Assembly: GCA_964016885.1 (NCBI GenBank)
Contig: OZ024740.1
Coordinates: 370,202,001 to 370,266,000 of the forward strand
Source of the DNA: Eledone cirrhosa
Taxonomy: Eukaryota
DNA length: 64,000 bases
Direction of reading: 5' to 3'
In this document: piece by piece, positions 10,333 to 23,553 of the stretch
Position numbering within the stretch: position 1 is the stretch's first letter
Layout of the letters: every line of letters starts with the position of its first letter
The notes under the pieces: generated by a model
What the model saw: the letters and a program-made list of their open reading frames with translations, nothing else
Database searches by the model: none
Told to the model about the DNA's origin: nothing
Made by a program: the position numbers and the translations under genes

Positions 10333-10787
10333 ACACCTTTAATAATCGAAGCCAAATTTTAAATATTTGACTTAATTATTTTATTTTATATATATATATA
10401 TATGTGTGTGTGTGTATGTATATATGTATGTATGTATATATATATGTATATACACATATATATATATATACTATATATATATATATATATACTATATATA
10501 TATATACTATATATGTATATACACATATATATATATATACTATAAAGGTGTACTGCTATATAGTATATATAGTATATATATATATACTATATATACTGTA
10601 TAGCAGTACACCTTTAATAATCGAAGCCAAATTTTAAATATTTGACTTAATTATTTTATTTTATATATATATATGTGTGTGTGTGTATGTATATATGTAT
10701 GTATGTATATATATATGTATATACACATATATATATATATACTATATATATACTATATATTATTACTATATGTGTATATATATACAT

Positions 10788-10853
<66 letters not shown>

Positions 10854-10854
<1 letters not shown>

Positions 10855-11585
10855 GGAATGTTAATGGCTGCGCAGGAGCAGGCCCTCAAAACGAAGTGGT
10901 TGAAACACCATATTTACAAGGAGGAGGCTAGCCCACTGTGCAGGATCTGTGGAGAGAGAGAGGAGACTGTGGCTCACATTGTATCCGGGTGTAAACACCT
11001 AGCCCAGACCCACTATAAGGGCTGAAGACATGATGTGATGGGCAGGGTGATCCACTGGCACCTGTGCAAAGTAAACAATTTTCCACATTCTGAGAAATGG
11101 TATGAGCATAAGCCAGAGGCGGTGATAGAGGACGATCAGGTGAAGGTGCTGTGGGATTTTAGGATACAGACAGACAAGAAACTGGAACACAATAGACCTG
11201 ACCTGGTGGTTGTGGACAAAGAAAAAAGATCGTGCCTGATTGTGGATGTGGCCTGCCCATTCGACACGAGAGTGCAAGAGAAGGAGGGGAAGAAAATTAA
11301 CCGATACCAGGACTTAAAGTGGGAGGTAAAAAGGATTTGGAACTGCCATGAAGTCAAAGTGATCCCGATTGTCATAGGCGCACTGGGGACCCTCTCCAAA
11401 AGTTTCCAGGGATGGTTAAAGAAAATCGGCCCCTTCACGCTTTTTGGAACGCTTCAAAAGGCATGCTTGCTGGGAACAGCAAGAACCCTCCGATACGTCC
11501 TGAATATCTGAGGCTGCAGGTAGTGGCTTGATATTCATTCAAACAAACTTTCCAGTTAACTAACATCAATGACTGAGATTCAAGG
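10854..11585 (+). mobile_element. R4/Dong-like RLE non-LTR retrotransposon, copy 1 (5'-truncated; zinc finger and endonuclease only)
   Basis: CRICGEREETVAHIVS.C and RPDLVVVDKEKRSCLIVDVACPFD..V..KE..K..RY.DL (PD..D/E.K); flanked by (TAA)n on both sides. Confidence 0.9.
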
Positions 11586-11615
11586 AGTAATAACAATAAT
11601 AATAATAATAATAAT

Positions 11616-14600
11616 GAATTCACCGGTGGTTATGTAACCATACATTCGCCAATCCTCGATAAGAGTGTTTAAATGTCGAACCTAAACAGTTCGAATAACG
11701 GTGAAATGGAGACTAGAATGTCATGTGACAGACTCTAACCCAACAGGTGCTCCCTGGCTCAGCAGCAGGGACCTGGCTGTCAACCAAATACTGCTGGTGT
11801 CGGAGGAAGAAGAAGAAGGAAAGGGACCAGAACCAACTGGACGAAAGAATTGAATAGAACTGTTATGCAATGTTACCTGAAGAGTAACCCCAAGGAGAAA
11901 GGCTATAGGAAACGGATGCGTAACATCTGGAACGAGATTGGTCCATTTAAATTAGATGAACAAAAATTGGCCGGGCAGGCTCGGGTAATAAGAACTAATG
12001 GGTGGAAAAGCGAGCTGGAACTGGAGGAACTGGGCAGAGAGATTAGCTTGGAGATGGAGAGTGGAGTATGCCAGGCAAAAGAGCCAGTGGGAAATGAAGG
12101 TGAAGAGGTCGAGAGAACGGAGGAATAACCCGAAGCAGACAATGATTGAATGCTGAGATAAATAATACCTGGAACAGAGATACGGCCACTGAGGAGATGA
12201 ATGCTGATGGGCTAGGACAAGATTTGGTTGATATCCTAAACTTAGTGGTAGATGAATTGAACAATGATAGTCGGAGACCTATGAACCTAAGATTTGTAGA
12301 CAGGAAAAAGTTAAAAGAAACACAGGCTAAGGTAAACGAAGTCATCCCATACCTTCAGGCGAGGAGCCTTCACCAGTGCAACAATATCCTCAAAGCAACA
12401 GCAAATACGGTGAGGAAACTACTTGGTATAAAAGCGAGAGGAAACAACAGACAAGAAAGAGCAGAGCCTTGGTGGAAGAAACGACTAAGTGGTCAAATCA
12501 GGGAAATGAGAAATGACATTGGAAAGCTTGAGTCCCTACTGAATGGGACACTAAAAAACATAGACACTAAAAATAGACTGGAAATAAGTACAAAATTAGG
12601 AGGAAAAAGCTAAATATTATCCTAGAGGAACTGAAGCAACGCATTGTAGCAAAGAGTGCCAAAATCAGGCGATACGAGAACAGAGTCAGCCAGTATAGAC
12701 AGAACCGCATGTTCGACAACAACCAGCTTGAAGGGAAAGAAAGAGGCAACGACTTGATCCCTGAGGCGCAACAAACTAAAACATTCTGGAGAGGAATATG
12801 GGAGCAGGATGTTAAACATAATGACCAGGCAGTGTGGATTGAGACAGTACAGAGGGAGATTAGTGAACAGGCACACCAACAAACTGATTTGAGTATCACA
12901 GTTGAAACTCTTAAGGGGCAGGCCAAAAAACTAACCAACTGGAAATCACCAGGCCCAGATGGTGTGCAGGGGTATTGGATTAAAAATATAACATCCCTCC
13001 ACCCGAAACTGACAACCATGTTCAATGACTGCTTGATGTCAAGTGAGGTATCAGAGTGGTTGACAAAAGGTACCACAGTTCTGATAATGAAAGACCGAAT
13101 CAAGGGTAATGATGTTACCAACTATAGACCTATCACATGTCTGTCCGTAATGTGGAAACTGCTGACAAGCATTATGTCTGAGGAAATCTACCATCACCTC
13201 CACACAAACAACTTGTTACCGGACGAACAGAAAGGATGCCGAAAGAAGTCACGTGGTACAAAGGACCAGTTGCTTATTGATAAGATGGTAATGAGGAATT
13301 GCAAGAGGAGACACACTGGTCTTGCCATGGGATGGATAGACTACAAAAAGGCATTCGACATGGTACCTCATTCTTGAATAACTAAAAGCCTGGATATCTT
13401 CAAGGTGGCAGATAACATCAGACAGTTGTTGGGCAAAAGTATGAAGTCCTGGGAAACAGAGTTAACATCAACTGGAGAATCCTTGGGAAGCGTGAAGATC
13501 AAGAGAGGTATCTTCCAGGGAGATAGTCTGTCCCCTCTGTTGTTTGTCCTTGCCCTGATGCCCCTAACCAGTGTACTGCGAAAGGTGAGAGCAGGATACA
13601 GGTCGGGAAAGGGAGGGCTTACCATCAATCACCTCCTCTTCATGGACGATCTTAAGCTCTTCGGGAAGAGTGAGAAGGAGTTGGGTGTGCTTGTTGACGC
13701 TGTCCGTATTTTCACCAATGATATATGTATGCAATTTGGTATTAGTAAGTGTGGAGTCATTGTGATGAGGAGGGGTAAGTTGAGCAGAAGTAACGGAATC
13801 CAGATACCAACAGGTGAGATGATAAAGGAAATTGACTCTGAGGAAGTATACAAGTATTTGGGCGTTCTGGAGGCTGATGACATCAAGAACAATAAAATAA
13901 AGGAATTTATAATAACTGAATACCTTCGGAGAGTAAGGAGCGTATTAAAGTCACATCTGAACAGTAGGAATGCCATAAGTGCAGTAAATTCCCGAGCTGT
14001 GTCTATTATTAGGTACAGTGCGGAAATTCTGTGATGGAATGTTGCTGAACAGAAAGAAATGGATAGGAAGACTAGGAAACTATTGACTATCTACAATATG
14101 TTCCACAAGAGGAGTGATGTCGATAGACTCTACTTAAGGAGGTCTGAGGGTGGAAGAGGTCTTATCAGCATAGAGGACTGTGTTCAGATGGAGAAAAACA
14201 ACCTACACAAATACGTGACTGATAGTAAGGAGTCAATGCTCAGAACTGTACTGAAGGAGGGGACAATAGGCCAGGGGATGTCCAAGGAGAAAATAACATC
14301 AAGGAGAAAGAGCAGCCTTCAGGAAAAATCCCTTCATAGTACCTTCTTTCAGGAAACTGAATTTAGAGATCCACAGACATGTAACTGTTTGAAAAGAAAC
14401 CTTAAAAGGGCTCCAGAAGGAATGTTAATGGCTGCGCAGGAGCAGGTCCTCAAAACGAAGTGGTTGAAACACCATATTTACAAGGAGGAGGCTAGCTCAC
14501 TGTGCAGGATCTGTGGAGAGAGAGAGGAGACTGTGGCTCACATTGTATCCGAGTGTAAACACCTAGCCCAGACTCACTATAAGGGCTGGAGACATGATGT

Positions 14601-15150
14601 GATGGGCAGGGTGATCCACTGGCACCTATGCAAAGTAAACAATTTACCACATTCTGAGAAGTGGTATGAGCATAAGCCAGAGGCGGTGATAGAAAACGAT
14701 CAGGTGAAGGTGCTGTGGGATTTTAGGATACAGACGGACAAGAAACTGGAACACAATAGACCTGACCTGGTGGTTGTGGACAAAGTAAAAGATCATGCCT
14801 GATTGTGGATGTGGCCTGCCCATTCGACACGAGAGTGCAAGAGAAGGAGAGGGAGAAAATTAACCGATACCAGGACTTAAAGTGGGAGGTAAAAAGGATT
14901 TGGAACTGCCATGAAGTCAAAGTGATCCCGATTGTCATAGACGCACTAGGGACTATCTCAAAAAGTTTCCAGGGATGGTTAAATAAAATTGGCCCCTTCA
15001 CGCTTTTTGGAACGCTTCAAAAGGCATGCTTGCTGGGAACAGCAAGAACCCTCCGATACGTCCTGAATATCTGAGGCTGCAGGTAGTGGCTTGATATTCA
15101 TTTCAACAAACTTTCCAGTTAACTAACATCAATGACTGAGACTCAAAGAG
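11616..15150 (+). mobile_element. R4/Dong-like element, copy 2 (near full length, defective)
   Basis: N-terminal WT.E.N..VM.CY..S....GYRKRM..IW, RT motifs (KSPGPDG, NYRPITCL, WIDYKKAFD, GIFQGDSLSP, LFMDDLKL), CCHC and RLE; several stops and frameshifts; (TAA)n flanks. Confidence 0.92.
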
Positions 15151-15189
15151 TAATAACAACAATAATAATAATAATAATAATAATAATAA

Positions 15190-18005
15190 GGCGAGGAGTC
15201 TTCACCAGTGAAACAATATCCTCAAAGCAACAGCAAATACGGTGAGGAAACTACTTGGTATAAAAGCGAGAGGAAACAACAGACAAGAAAGAGCAGAGCC
15301 GTGGTGGAAGAAGCGACTGAGTGGGCAAATCGGGGAAATGAGAAATGACATAGGAAAGCTTGAGTCACTACTGAATGGGACACTAAAAAACATAGGCACT
15401 AAAAATAGACTGGAAATAAAATACAAAACTAGGAGTAAAAAGCTAAATATTATCATAGAGGAATTGAAGCAACGCATTGTAGCAAAGAGTGCCAAAATCA
15501 GGCGATACGAGAACAGAGTCAGTCAGTATAAACAGAACCGCATGTTCGACAACAACCAGAAGATGCTGTTTGGACAGCTTGAGGGGAAAGAAAGAGGCAA
15601 CGACTTGATCCCTGAGGCGGAACAAGCTAAAACATTCTGGAGAGGAATATGGGAGCAGGATGTTAGACACAATGCCCAGGCAGGGTGGATTGAGACAGTA
15701 CAGAGGGAGATCGGTGAGCAGGCACAACAACAGACTGATTTGAGTATCACAGTTGAAACTCTTAAGGGGCAAGCCAGAAAACTAACCAACTGGAAATCAC
15801 CAGGCCCAGATGGTGTGCAGGGGTATTGGATTAAACATTTAACATCCCTCCACCCGAAGCTGACGGCCATGTTCAATGACTGCTTGGTGTCGGGTGAGGT
15901 GCCAGAGTGGTTGACAAAAGGTACCACAGTTCTGATAATGAAAGACCGAATCAAGGGTAATGATGTTACCAACTATAGACCTATCACATGTCTGCCCGTA
16001 ATGTGGAAACTGTTGACGAGCATTGTGTCTGAGGAAATCTACCATCACCTCCACACAAACAACTTGTTACCGGACGAACAGAAAGGATGCCGAAAGAAGT
16101 CACGTGGTACAAAGGACCAGTTGCTTATTGATAAGATGGTAATGGGGAATTGCAGGAGGAGACACACTGATCTTGCCATGGGATGGATAGACTACAGAAA
16201 GGCATTTGACATGGTGCCTCATTCCTGGATCACCAAAAGCCTGGAGATCTTCAGGGTGGCAGATAACATCAGACAGTTGCTGGACAGGAGTATGGGGTCC
16301 TGGGAGACAGAGTTGACATCAACTGGAGTATCCTTGGGAAGCGTGAAGATCAAGAGAGGTATCTTCCAGGGAGATAGCCTGTCCCCTCTGTTGTTTGTCC
16401 TTGCCCTGATGCCCTTGACCATTATGCTGCGAAAAGTGAGAGCAGGATACAAGTTGGGAAGGGGAGAGCTTACCATCAATCACCTCCTCTTCATGGACGA
16501 TCTTAAGCTCTTCGGGAAAAGTGAGAAGGAGTTGGATGTGCTTGTTGACACTGTCCGTATTTTCAGCAGTGATATATGCATGCAGTTTGGTATTGGTAAA
16601 TGTGGAGTCATTGTGATGAAGAGGGGTAGGTTGAGCAGAAGTAACGGGATCCAGATACCAACAGGTGAGATGATAAAGGAAATTGACTCTGAGGAAGGAT
16701 ACAAGTATTTGGGCGTTCTGGAGGCTGATGGCATAAAGAACAAAAAAATGAAGGAATTGTTAAGAACTGAATACATTCGGAGAGTAAGGAGCGTATTGAA
16801 GTCACATCTGAACAGCAGAAATGCCATAAGCGCAGTAAATTCCCGAGCTGTGTCTATTATTAGGTACAGTGCGGGAATTCTGAGATGGAATGTTGCTGAA
16901 CAAAAAGAAATGGATAGGAAGACTAGGAAGATATTGACTATCTACAACATGTTCCACAAGAGGAGTGATGTCGATTGACTCTACCTAAGGAGATCTGAGG
17001 GTGGAAGAGGTCTTATCAGCATAGAGGACTGTGTTCAGATGGAGAAAAACAACCTATACAAATACGTGACCTATAGTAAGGAGCCAATGCTCAGAGCTGT
17101 ACTGAAGGAGGGGACAGTAGGCCAGGGGATATCCAAGGAGGAAATAACATCAAGGAGGAAGAGCAGCCTTAAGGGAAAATCCCTTCATAGTACCTTCTTT
17201 GAGAAAACTGAATTTAGAGATCCACAGACATGGAACTGGTTGAGAAGAGGAGACCTCAAAAAGGCTACAGAAGGAATGCTAATGGCTGCGCAGGAGCAGG
17301 CCCTCAAAACGAAGTGGTTGAAGCACCATATCTACAAGGAGGAGGCTAGCCCACTGTGCAGGATCTGTGGAGAGAGAGAGGAGACTGTGGCTCACATTGT
17401 GTCCGAGTGTAAACACCTAGCCCAGACCCACTATAAGGGCTGGAGACACGATGTAATGGGCAGGGTGATCCACTGGCACCTGTGCAAAGTAAACAATCTA
17501 CCACATTCTGAGAAATGGTATGAGCATAGGCCAGAGGCGGTGATGGAGAACAGTCAGGTGAAGGTGCGCTGTGGGATTTTAGGATACAGACGGACAAAAA
17601 ACTGGAACACAATAGACCTGACCTGGTAGTTGTGGACAAAGAAAAAAGATCGTGCCTGATTGTGGATGTGGCCTGCCCGTTCGACACGAGAGTGCAAGAG
17701 AAGGAGAGGGAGAAAATTAACCGATACCAGGACCTAAAGTGGGAGGTGAAAAGGATTTGGAACTGCCATGAAGTCAAAGTGATCCCGATTGTCATAGGCG
17801 CACTGGGGACTATCTCCAAAGGTTTCCAGGGATGGTTAAAGAAAATCGGCCCCTTCACGCTTTTTGGAACGCCTCAAAAGGCATGCTTGCTTGGAACAGC
17901 AAGAACCCTCCGATAAGTCCTGAATATCTGAGGCTGCAGGTAGTGGCTTGATATTCAATCCAACGGACTTTCCAGTTAACCAACATCAATGACTGAGATT
18001 CAAGG
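15190..18005 (+). mobile_element. R4/Dong-like element, copy 3 (5'-truncated; 578-aa open RT stretch at 15242-16978)
   Basis: Same motifs as copy 2; stop at 16976-16978 where copy 2 has AGA; frameshift near 17566; ends in a (TAA)n tail. Confidence 0.92.
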
Positions 18006-18284
18006 AATAACAATAACAATAATAATAATAATAATAATAATGTTTTCTTTATTAACCACAAGGGTTCACATAAAGTAGACATTAAGGACAGTACAGGACA
18101 ATACAGGACGGTACAAATGGGCATTTCTGCGTGTAAAAAAACAGAGGTTGAAATAAAATAACAAAGAAAAATTCCCCAATAGGGGGGAGACTTCCAAGGG
18201 ACATTTGTGGAGAAAGCCCATTAAAAGACCACAGTGGCCCTGACCACCAGGGCAAGTGCCCTCTCCCAGTTTTCCACCTTTAAT

Positions 18285-21200
18285 TTACAGACACATACTC
18301 AGAGAAGGCCCATTCATTCGGGCCATACTTGCTTCTCTCACCCATCTTTCAACAAAATGCTGGGAAGAGAGCACTTCCCTCTCTACCCTGATTTTCCTTT
18401 TCAAATGAAATTTGAAAAAGTTAATCAGGGCATCACCGAAGAGGTAAGTGCTCGTCTTCAGCCCTTTCAAACGTGTCCACCATACTATCTCTTTCGCCAT
18501 GGCCACCAGACAGATAAAAACTGCCTGCCCTTCCAGGCTAAAGGAAGGGGGCGGGGCAATCCTCACGATGGACTCAGCTGATAGCTGGATCCGTCCTACA
18601 CGTGACAGCAGGTGTTCGACATAAACCCACAAGTCAGCAATGCTCGGACACTGGACGAGTGCGTGCAGGACGGTTTCGTCGCTCTGCGCGCATCTCGGAC
18701 ATGCCCGGCTGACGGCACCTCCATGCCTGTAGAGTTTATCCCGAACTGGCAAAGCTCCTCGGTAGCACTGCCAGGCCAGGGATTTCTGGAAGTTGTCCAT
18801 AGGCCCCGGCCCGAAAGTCCTTCCGAAGAGATTGGCTAGTTGATTTTCGTCGACGCCTAGAGTTTCTCCAAGTACGTCGTCGCTATTCCCCTCCACTAAT
18901 CCCCTATAGAACGCCAAGGTGGAGTTTCCACCGATCACATTGCCCGATTGGTCGAGGGCTGTGAGCGCCTGAAGACATTCCAGTCTCCAAGCGCTCCCTC
19001 TCGGTCTTCGCTTGACCCAGGACTGCAGCTCCGTCAAGGAGACGAGCTGGGGAAAAACGTGTCTTGTAAACGGCGACCACACCTGATCACCCTCGAGGAA
19101 GAGGTGGAGATGTCGTAGCCTGAGCGCGTGTCTGCGCATCATCAGCCACGGCATGCCCAGCCCTCCACGTAGCGGGTGTTGACAACAGATGGACCGCCTG
19201 ACCATCGGAGCGCGTCCCTTCCACAAGAAGCGAAAAAGCAAACGCTCCAGCGCAGTCAGGCGGGGCTTAGGACAAGGTACGACGGTCAGGCGGTAGTAGA
19301 TGACGGATGCGATGTACGCATTCGCCACCTCCGCTCGACCTTTCAGGGATAGCTTCCTCTCGGCCCATTTCTGGGTGAGAGAAGCCACCCTGCTGGTCAC
19401 CTCGTCCCAGTTTTTGTCCGTCTGGAGGTCTGGACCGAACCAGACCCCTAGCAATTTAACCGGTCCGTCCGTCCAGCGCCCGACGACGCTGTTGCACGGC
19501 ATGGACCTGCCTCTCCAGGTGCCGAGCTGCAGGCCCACTGACTTTTCCTGGTTGATCATTGCTCCTGTCACCGCTTCGTATTCTCTTAGTGTAGTGCCGA
19601 TCGCCTCGATGTGTTTGGTGTTCGACACCACTACGGTGACATCGTCGGCATATGCTGACACGGATCTTCCGCATCCTAGTTCGCGCGGGACCCCCCTCAA
19701 CGTCTCCAGTTTGTGCAGTAATGGCTCGAGAGTCAATACGTACAATAGGGACGAGAGGGGACATCCTTGGCGGACCGAGCGCATGATGTTGAACGGTTCC
19801 GAAAGGTGACCGTTCACTCTCACTACAGAGCAGATGTCGCTGTGCATGGTAGCGATCCAGCCTCTGAAGACGGGCCCAAAGCCAGCCGCCCTCAGGACTG
19901 CCGCTAGGTAACGATGGTCGACCCTATCGAAGGCTTTCGACTGATCTAAATTGATCAAAGACCCACCCGTGCCAGGTTCCCTAGCTACCCTCTCTACGAT
20001 GTATCGCATGAGGTGGAGGTTGTCGTGGATGGATCCGTCGGGAATGGCGCATGTCTGTGCCTCTCCCACCAGACCACCAACGACAAGCGCCAACCTCTTT
20101 GCTAGCACCTTGGCCAAAATCTTGAACTCTGTGTTTAGCAGAGTTATGGGCCTAAAATTATCTATGTTATCCACCTTGTTCGGATCCTTTCTCAGCAGCG
20201 CCACCGCTCCTCGGCTCACAGAGCTGGGAATTCTCCCGTTCTGTTGCCAGTTGCAGTAGACGTCCGCCAAGAGGCCTCCGAACAAGTTTGGCATTTGTAC
20301 GTAAAGTTCATAGGGCAGACCATCCAAACCAGGCGATTTACCCCTTGTGCAACTAGTCATTGCATCCCGTACTTCAGCGGTTGTTATCGGCTTTTCGCAA
20401 CACTCCGCCTCAGTGGCCGAAAGCCGCGGCAGTCCGTCGAGGTAGACACTAAAGTCCATCCCTCGATCCGGCCCGCCACTGCCCCCGAACAGTTGAGCGA
20501 AGTGTCGCTGAAAAGCTTCACACATTTGCCCGGGATCGAGTAGCATGCGCCCGTCGTCGTCCACCAAAGACCGAATCGTGGCTTTGTTGCCACGATGCGC
20601 CTCCGCCACTCGGGCCCATTGAACGGCTTTCGTCCCCTCGTGTCTGAGAGCACGCACCCTAGCTCTGACAATGCAGCCTTCGTGTTTTGCATTGAAGAAT
20701 TGTTCAAGGGCCAATTTCGCCGCAAGTACGTCGGTCGCGATGCCTTTGCTAAGCGCCTCATCTAATTTTCTAACTAGTTCTCCCTCGGCTCTATTTTTCT
20801 CTACTGCTAAAGTCTTACTAAACCTAATGGACTCTATTCTAATTGCTCTTTTCAGAGCAGACCACCACTTGTTGTTGACGATGGCCCCCGTCAACGCCCG
20901 CTTAACTAGTTCGCTAATCCGGTCTCTGTAGGCCTTGCGTGCTGGTAAGGACGCGTTTAGCTTCCAGTAGCCGGGTCCTCGTCTATGAAGCCTATCTAAG
21001 TCAAGCACACAGATCACGAATTTGTGGTCCGTGTAGCTGATAATCTTGAATTGTTGACAGCCTATGCTAGACCTATCTATTTCCCTACAAAATACTCTAT
21101 CTAGATATGATCTGGATGACCCTATGCGATTTGTCCAAGTCCACATTGGTACATTCGGGAAATCCATTCGGTACCTGTCAGACAGTTCAAAACGTCTGAG

Positions 21201-21704
21201 CAGGTTGGTGAGACTCTTGCACCCTCCTTCCCTATCCACTAATCCCACACAATCCCAGCGTGCATCTAAGATCCCGTTCCAGTCGCCCACTAACACTAAA
21301 GAGCGGGACGTTCCAAGAAAGGTCTCCAGACGCCGGAAGAAATCAGGCCGCCCTGCTCCTGTCGGGGCATAGACGGTCACTAACCTGAAAGCTTGCCCGT
21401 CTCCGCTGGTCACGTCCAGCACCACCAACTTACCTTCTGGGTCCAGGAAGATGGCCCGTATGGCAAGATCCAAACCGCTCCGAAAAAGCACAGCAACTCC
21501 TCCCCCCGATCCCGGACGGCTGGGAGATGCGTACACATCGTAGCCGCCGAAGATCGGTGCGAAAGCCTGTGCCTCGGAGATTCTGGTCTCGCTGATGGCC
21601 ACTACATCTATGTTTAGTGACCTGAGGTCGTTGAGCAGGTGGCCCTGCTTCCATGACGATCCCAAGCCACGCGCATTTATGCTGCCTATTCTGAGTGTGG
21701 TCAT
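18285..21704 (-). CDS. LINE ORF2: APE endonuclease, reverse transcriptase and C-terminal zinc finger (L1/Tx1 clade), intact 1139 aa
   Basis: LRIGSINARGL, SETR, VGDWN, SYLDRVF, TDHK, GYWKLN, KSPGLDG, FRPITLLN, LDQSKAFDRVDH, VRQGCPLS, AYADD, CPRC..SDETVLHALVQC. Confidence 0.95.
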   Translation of the reverse strand: MTTLRIGSINARGLGSSWKQGHLLNDLRSLNIDVVAISETRISEAQAFAPIFGGYDVYASPSRPGSGGGVAVLFRSGLDLAIRAIFLDPEGKLVVLDVTSGDGQAFRLVTVYAPTGAGRPDFFRRLETFLGTSRSLVLVGDWNGILDARWDCVGLVDREGGCKSLTNLLRRFELSDRYRMDFPNVPMWTWTNRIGSSRSYLDRVFCREIDRSSIGCQQFKIISYTDHKFVICVLDLDRLHRRGPGYWKLNASLPARKAYRDRISELVKRALTGAIVNNKWWSALKRAIRIESIRFSKTLAVEKNRAEGELVRKLDEALSKGIATDVLAAKLALEQFFNAKHEGCIVRARVRALRHEGTKAVQWARVAEAHRGNKATIRSLVDDDGRMLLDPGQMCEAFQRHFAQLFGGSGGPDRGMDFSVYLDGLPRLSATEAECCEKPITTAEVRDAMTSCTRGKSPGLDGLPYELYVQMPNLFGGLLADVYCNWQQNGRIPSSVSRGAVALLRKDPNKVDNIDNFRPITLLNTEFKILAKVLAKRLALVVGGLVGEAQTCAIPDGSIHDNLHLMRYIVERVAREPGTGGSLINLDQSKAFDRVDHRYLAAVLRAAGFGPVFRGWIATMHSDICSVVRVNGHLSEPFNIMRSVRQGCPLSSLLYVLTLEPLLHKLETLRGVPRELGCGRSVSAYADDVTVVVSNTKHIEAIGTTLREYEAVTGAMINQEKSVGLQLGTWRGRSMPCNSVVGRWTDGPVKLLGVWFGPDLQTDKNWDEVTSRVASLTQKWAERKLSLKGRAEVANAYIASVIYYRLTVVPCPKPRLTALERLLFRFLWKGRAPMVRRSICCQHPLRGGLGMPWLMMRRHALRLRHLHLFLEGDQVWSPFTRHVFPQLVSLTELQSWVKRRPRGSAWRLECLQALTALDQSGNVIGGNSTLAFYRGLVEGNSDDVLGETLGVDENQLANLFGRTFGPGPMDNFQKSLAWQCYRGALPVRDKLYRHGGAVSRACPRCAQSDETVLHALVQCPSIADLWVYVEHLLSRVGRIQLSAESIVRIAPPPSFSLEGQAVFICLVAMAKEIVWWTRLKGLKTSTYLFGDALINFFKFHLKRKIRVEREVLSSQHFVERWVREASMARMNGPSLSMCL

Positions 21705-21738
21705 GTTGAAAAGGAGTGGAAAAGATGGGAAAGACCAC

Positions 21739-23553
21739 TTACCTTACTTCTCGTAGGGGAAGGACGGTTTTTCCATCCTTTTCACTGCTTGTGGCTTCCT
21801 CAGGAAGGATGTCCTTATAAATCCTCCTGGAGAGTGCTTGTCGGAAGTCTCCGATGTCTTTGGGGAATTTTTGTTTTAGTGTCATGTACGTTTTCTGTGT
21901 GATGCGAGTGATTTGTATGTGTGGAGGTGGTGTGAATTTTGGGGTTGTTGTGTAGTCTTTTTCTGTGATGCTGGTGTTGCGTTGGATGTAGTGTAATAAT
22001 TGCTTGTTGTTCAAATGTAATGCTATGTAGTGTGTATCGTTTTGGTTGTTTTGTTTTGTTTGCGTTTGTTGTGGGTTTGTTTCTGTTTCGCATTTTGGTG
22101 ACTTTTGTGGTGTAGGTTATGGTGGTGCTGGCGTTAATGATGGTGATGGTGTTGGTGTTTGGGTTGATGAGGTTGGTGATGCTGGTGTGGATGGTGGCAT
22201 ATCCGTCCTAACTTTTTTGTTTCTTAATTTATTTGTTTCCCTCTGTATTTTGTTTTTGGAGGGGGAAGGAAGAGAATTTTTTCTTTTTTGGTTTCTTTTT
22301 TTTTTCCGGATATCGTTTCCCACTCCTCGTCGTCACAATCTGTCTCCAGTTGTGATAGGCCAGGGAGTGGAAAATCCTCCACAGCCGTTAGTTTTGGTTG
22401 TGGTGTGGTGGATGGTGTAGGCGCTGGTGCTAGTTCTGAAGCGTTGGGTGGTGGTGGTGTTGGTTTTGCTGGTGGTGGTAGTGGTGTTGGTTTTGCTACT
22501 GTTGCTGGGGTTGTTGCTGTTATAGTTGCTTCTGTTGTTGGTGCTACACTTGTTGCTGCCATCTCTGCTACTGGTGGTGTTGATGGTTGTGTCACTGGGG
22601 TGGGTAGGAGAGGTGACCTCAACCTTTTAGCCTGAGGGCAGAAAGCCCTTAGGTGGGTTACTTCACCACAAACGACACACCTAGGTCTTCTGCCCTCGAC
22701 AATTACCGTGAGGTGGCTGCCGTCAGTGAGGTCTATTACCTCTGGGAGCTCCTCAATGCTTTTTTGGTCCGCCTGGATCAGGAGCTCCATCCCAGATCCG
22801 GACCAGTTTTCCTGCTTTTCCTTTGCTATTGCTATTATTTTCGTGTTGGCTTCGATGCCGGCGAGGACAGCCGCTATTAGCCAGGGAATTTCGATGGCCG
22901 GTGGAACGTGGGTCACCCTGATCTTTACGAGTCTCTGGCCACAATAGCTTGGGACGAGTGTGAAGTCGTCACTTTTTAATGGGGCCATGGAGTATTCTCT
23001 AGCCTCCTCTGGTGTTTCAAAGAACACATCCTCGGTTCCATACTTTTGCCCACGTCTGATGTGGGTTTTTCTTGCCCACACATGTCCCAAAGCTTTTTGG
23101 ATTTGGGACTCGGATGCCCGTTCCACTCGGCGCCATTTTACATTTATTGTTCTATACGACACGGTGCATAGGCGCCGATGCTCCATTTTATTAGGTGGGG
23201 GGTGAGGCTGACCCTGTACCCATCTTTCTTCACCATTTGTTTGGCATTTTCTAAATCTTCCTGAGTTACCGTAAATGCTTCGAATTGTTTTGCTACTCTG
23301 GCGAAACCGAGGGGGGGGGGCTTGTAATGTCATTGTTGTTGTTGTTGCTATCGTCAATATTAATTTTAGTTTCAGTTGTGGTGGTGGTGACGTCAGTCGT
23401 CTTTGGTGGGGAAGAGTCCATTTTGCTTGATTTCATTTCGACATCACGAGTTAATTTATTTTTTTCTTCTTTTGTTTCTGTTGTCGCGGTGGTGGTGGGG
23501 GTGGGGGTTGTCGCGGTGGTGGTGGTGGTGGAGGCTTTAACACCTGCAGTCAT
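21739..23553 (-). pseudogene. LINE ORF1 (gag-like, CCHC zinc knuckle, Pro/Thr-rich), broken at homopolymers
   Basis: CVVCGEVTHLRAFC knuckle in ORF 22224-23357. Pieces can be joined by frameshifts at poly-G ~23311-23320 and poly-T ~22296-22305 plus one in-frame stop at 22117-22119. It ends 34 bp before the ORF2 ATG. The start codon is uncertain. Confidence 0.75.

Noticed and set aside
19300-21617. Several plus-strand ORFs overlapping the LINE ORF2
   Set aside because: They are antisense shadows of a GC-rich intact ORF.
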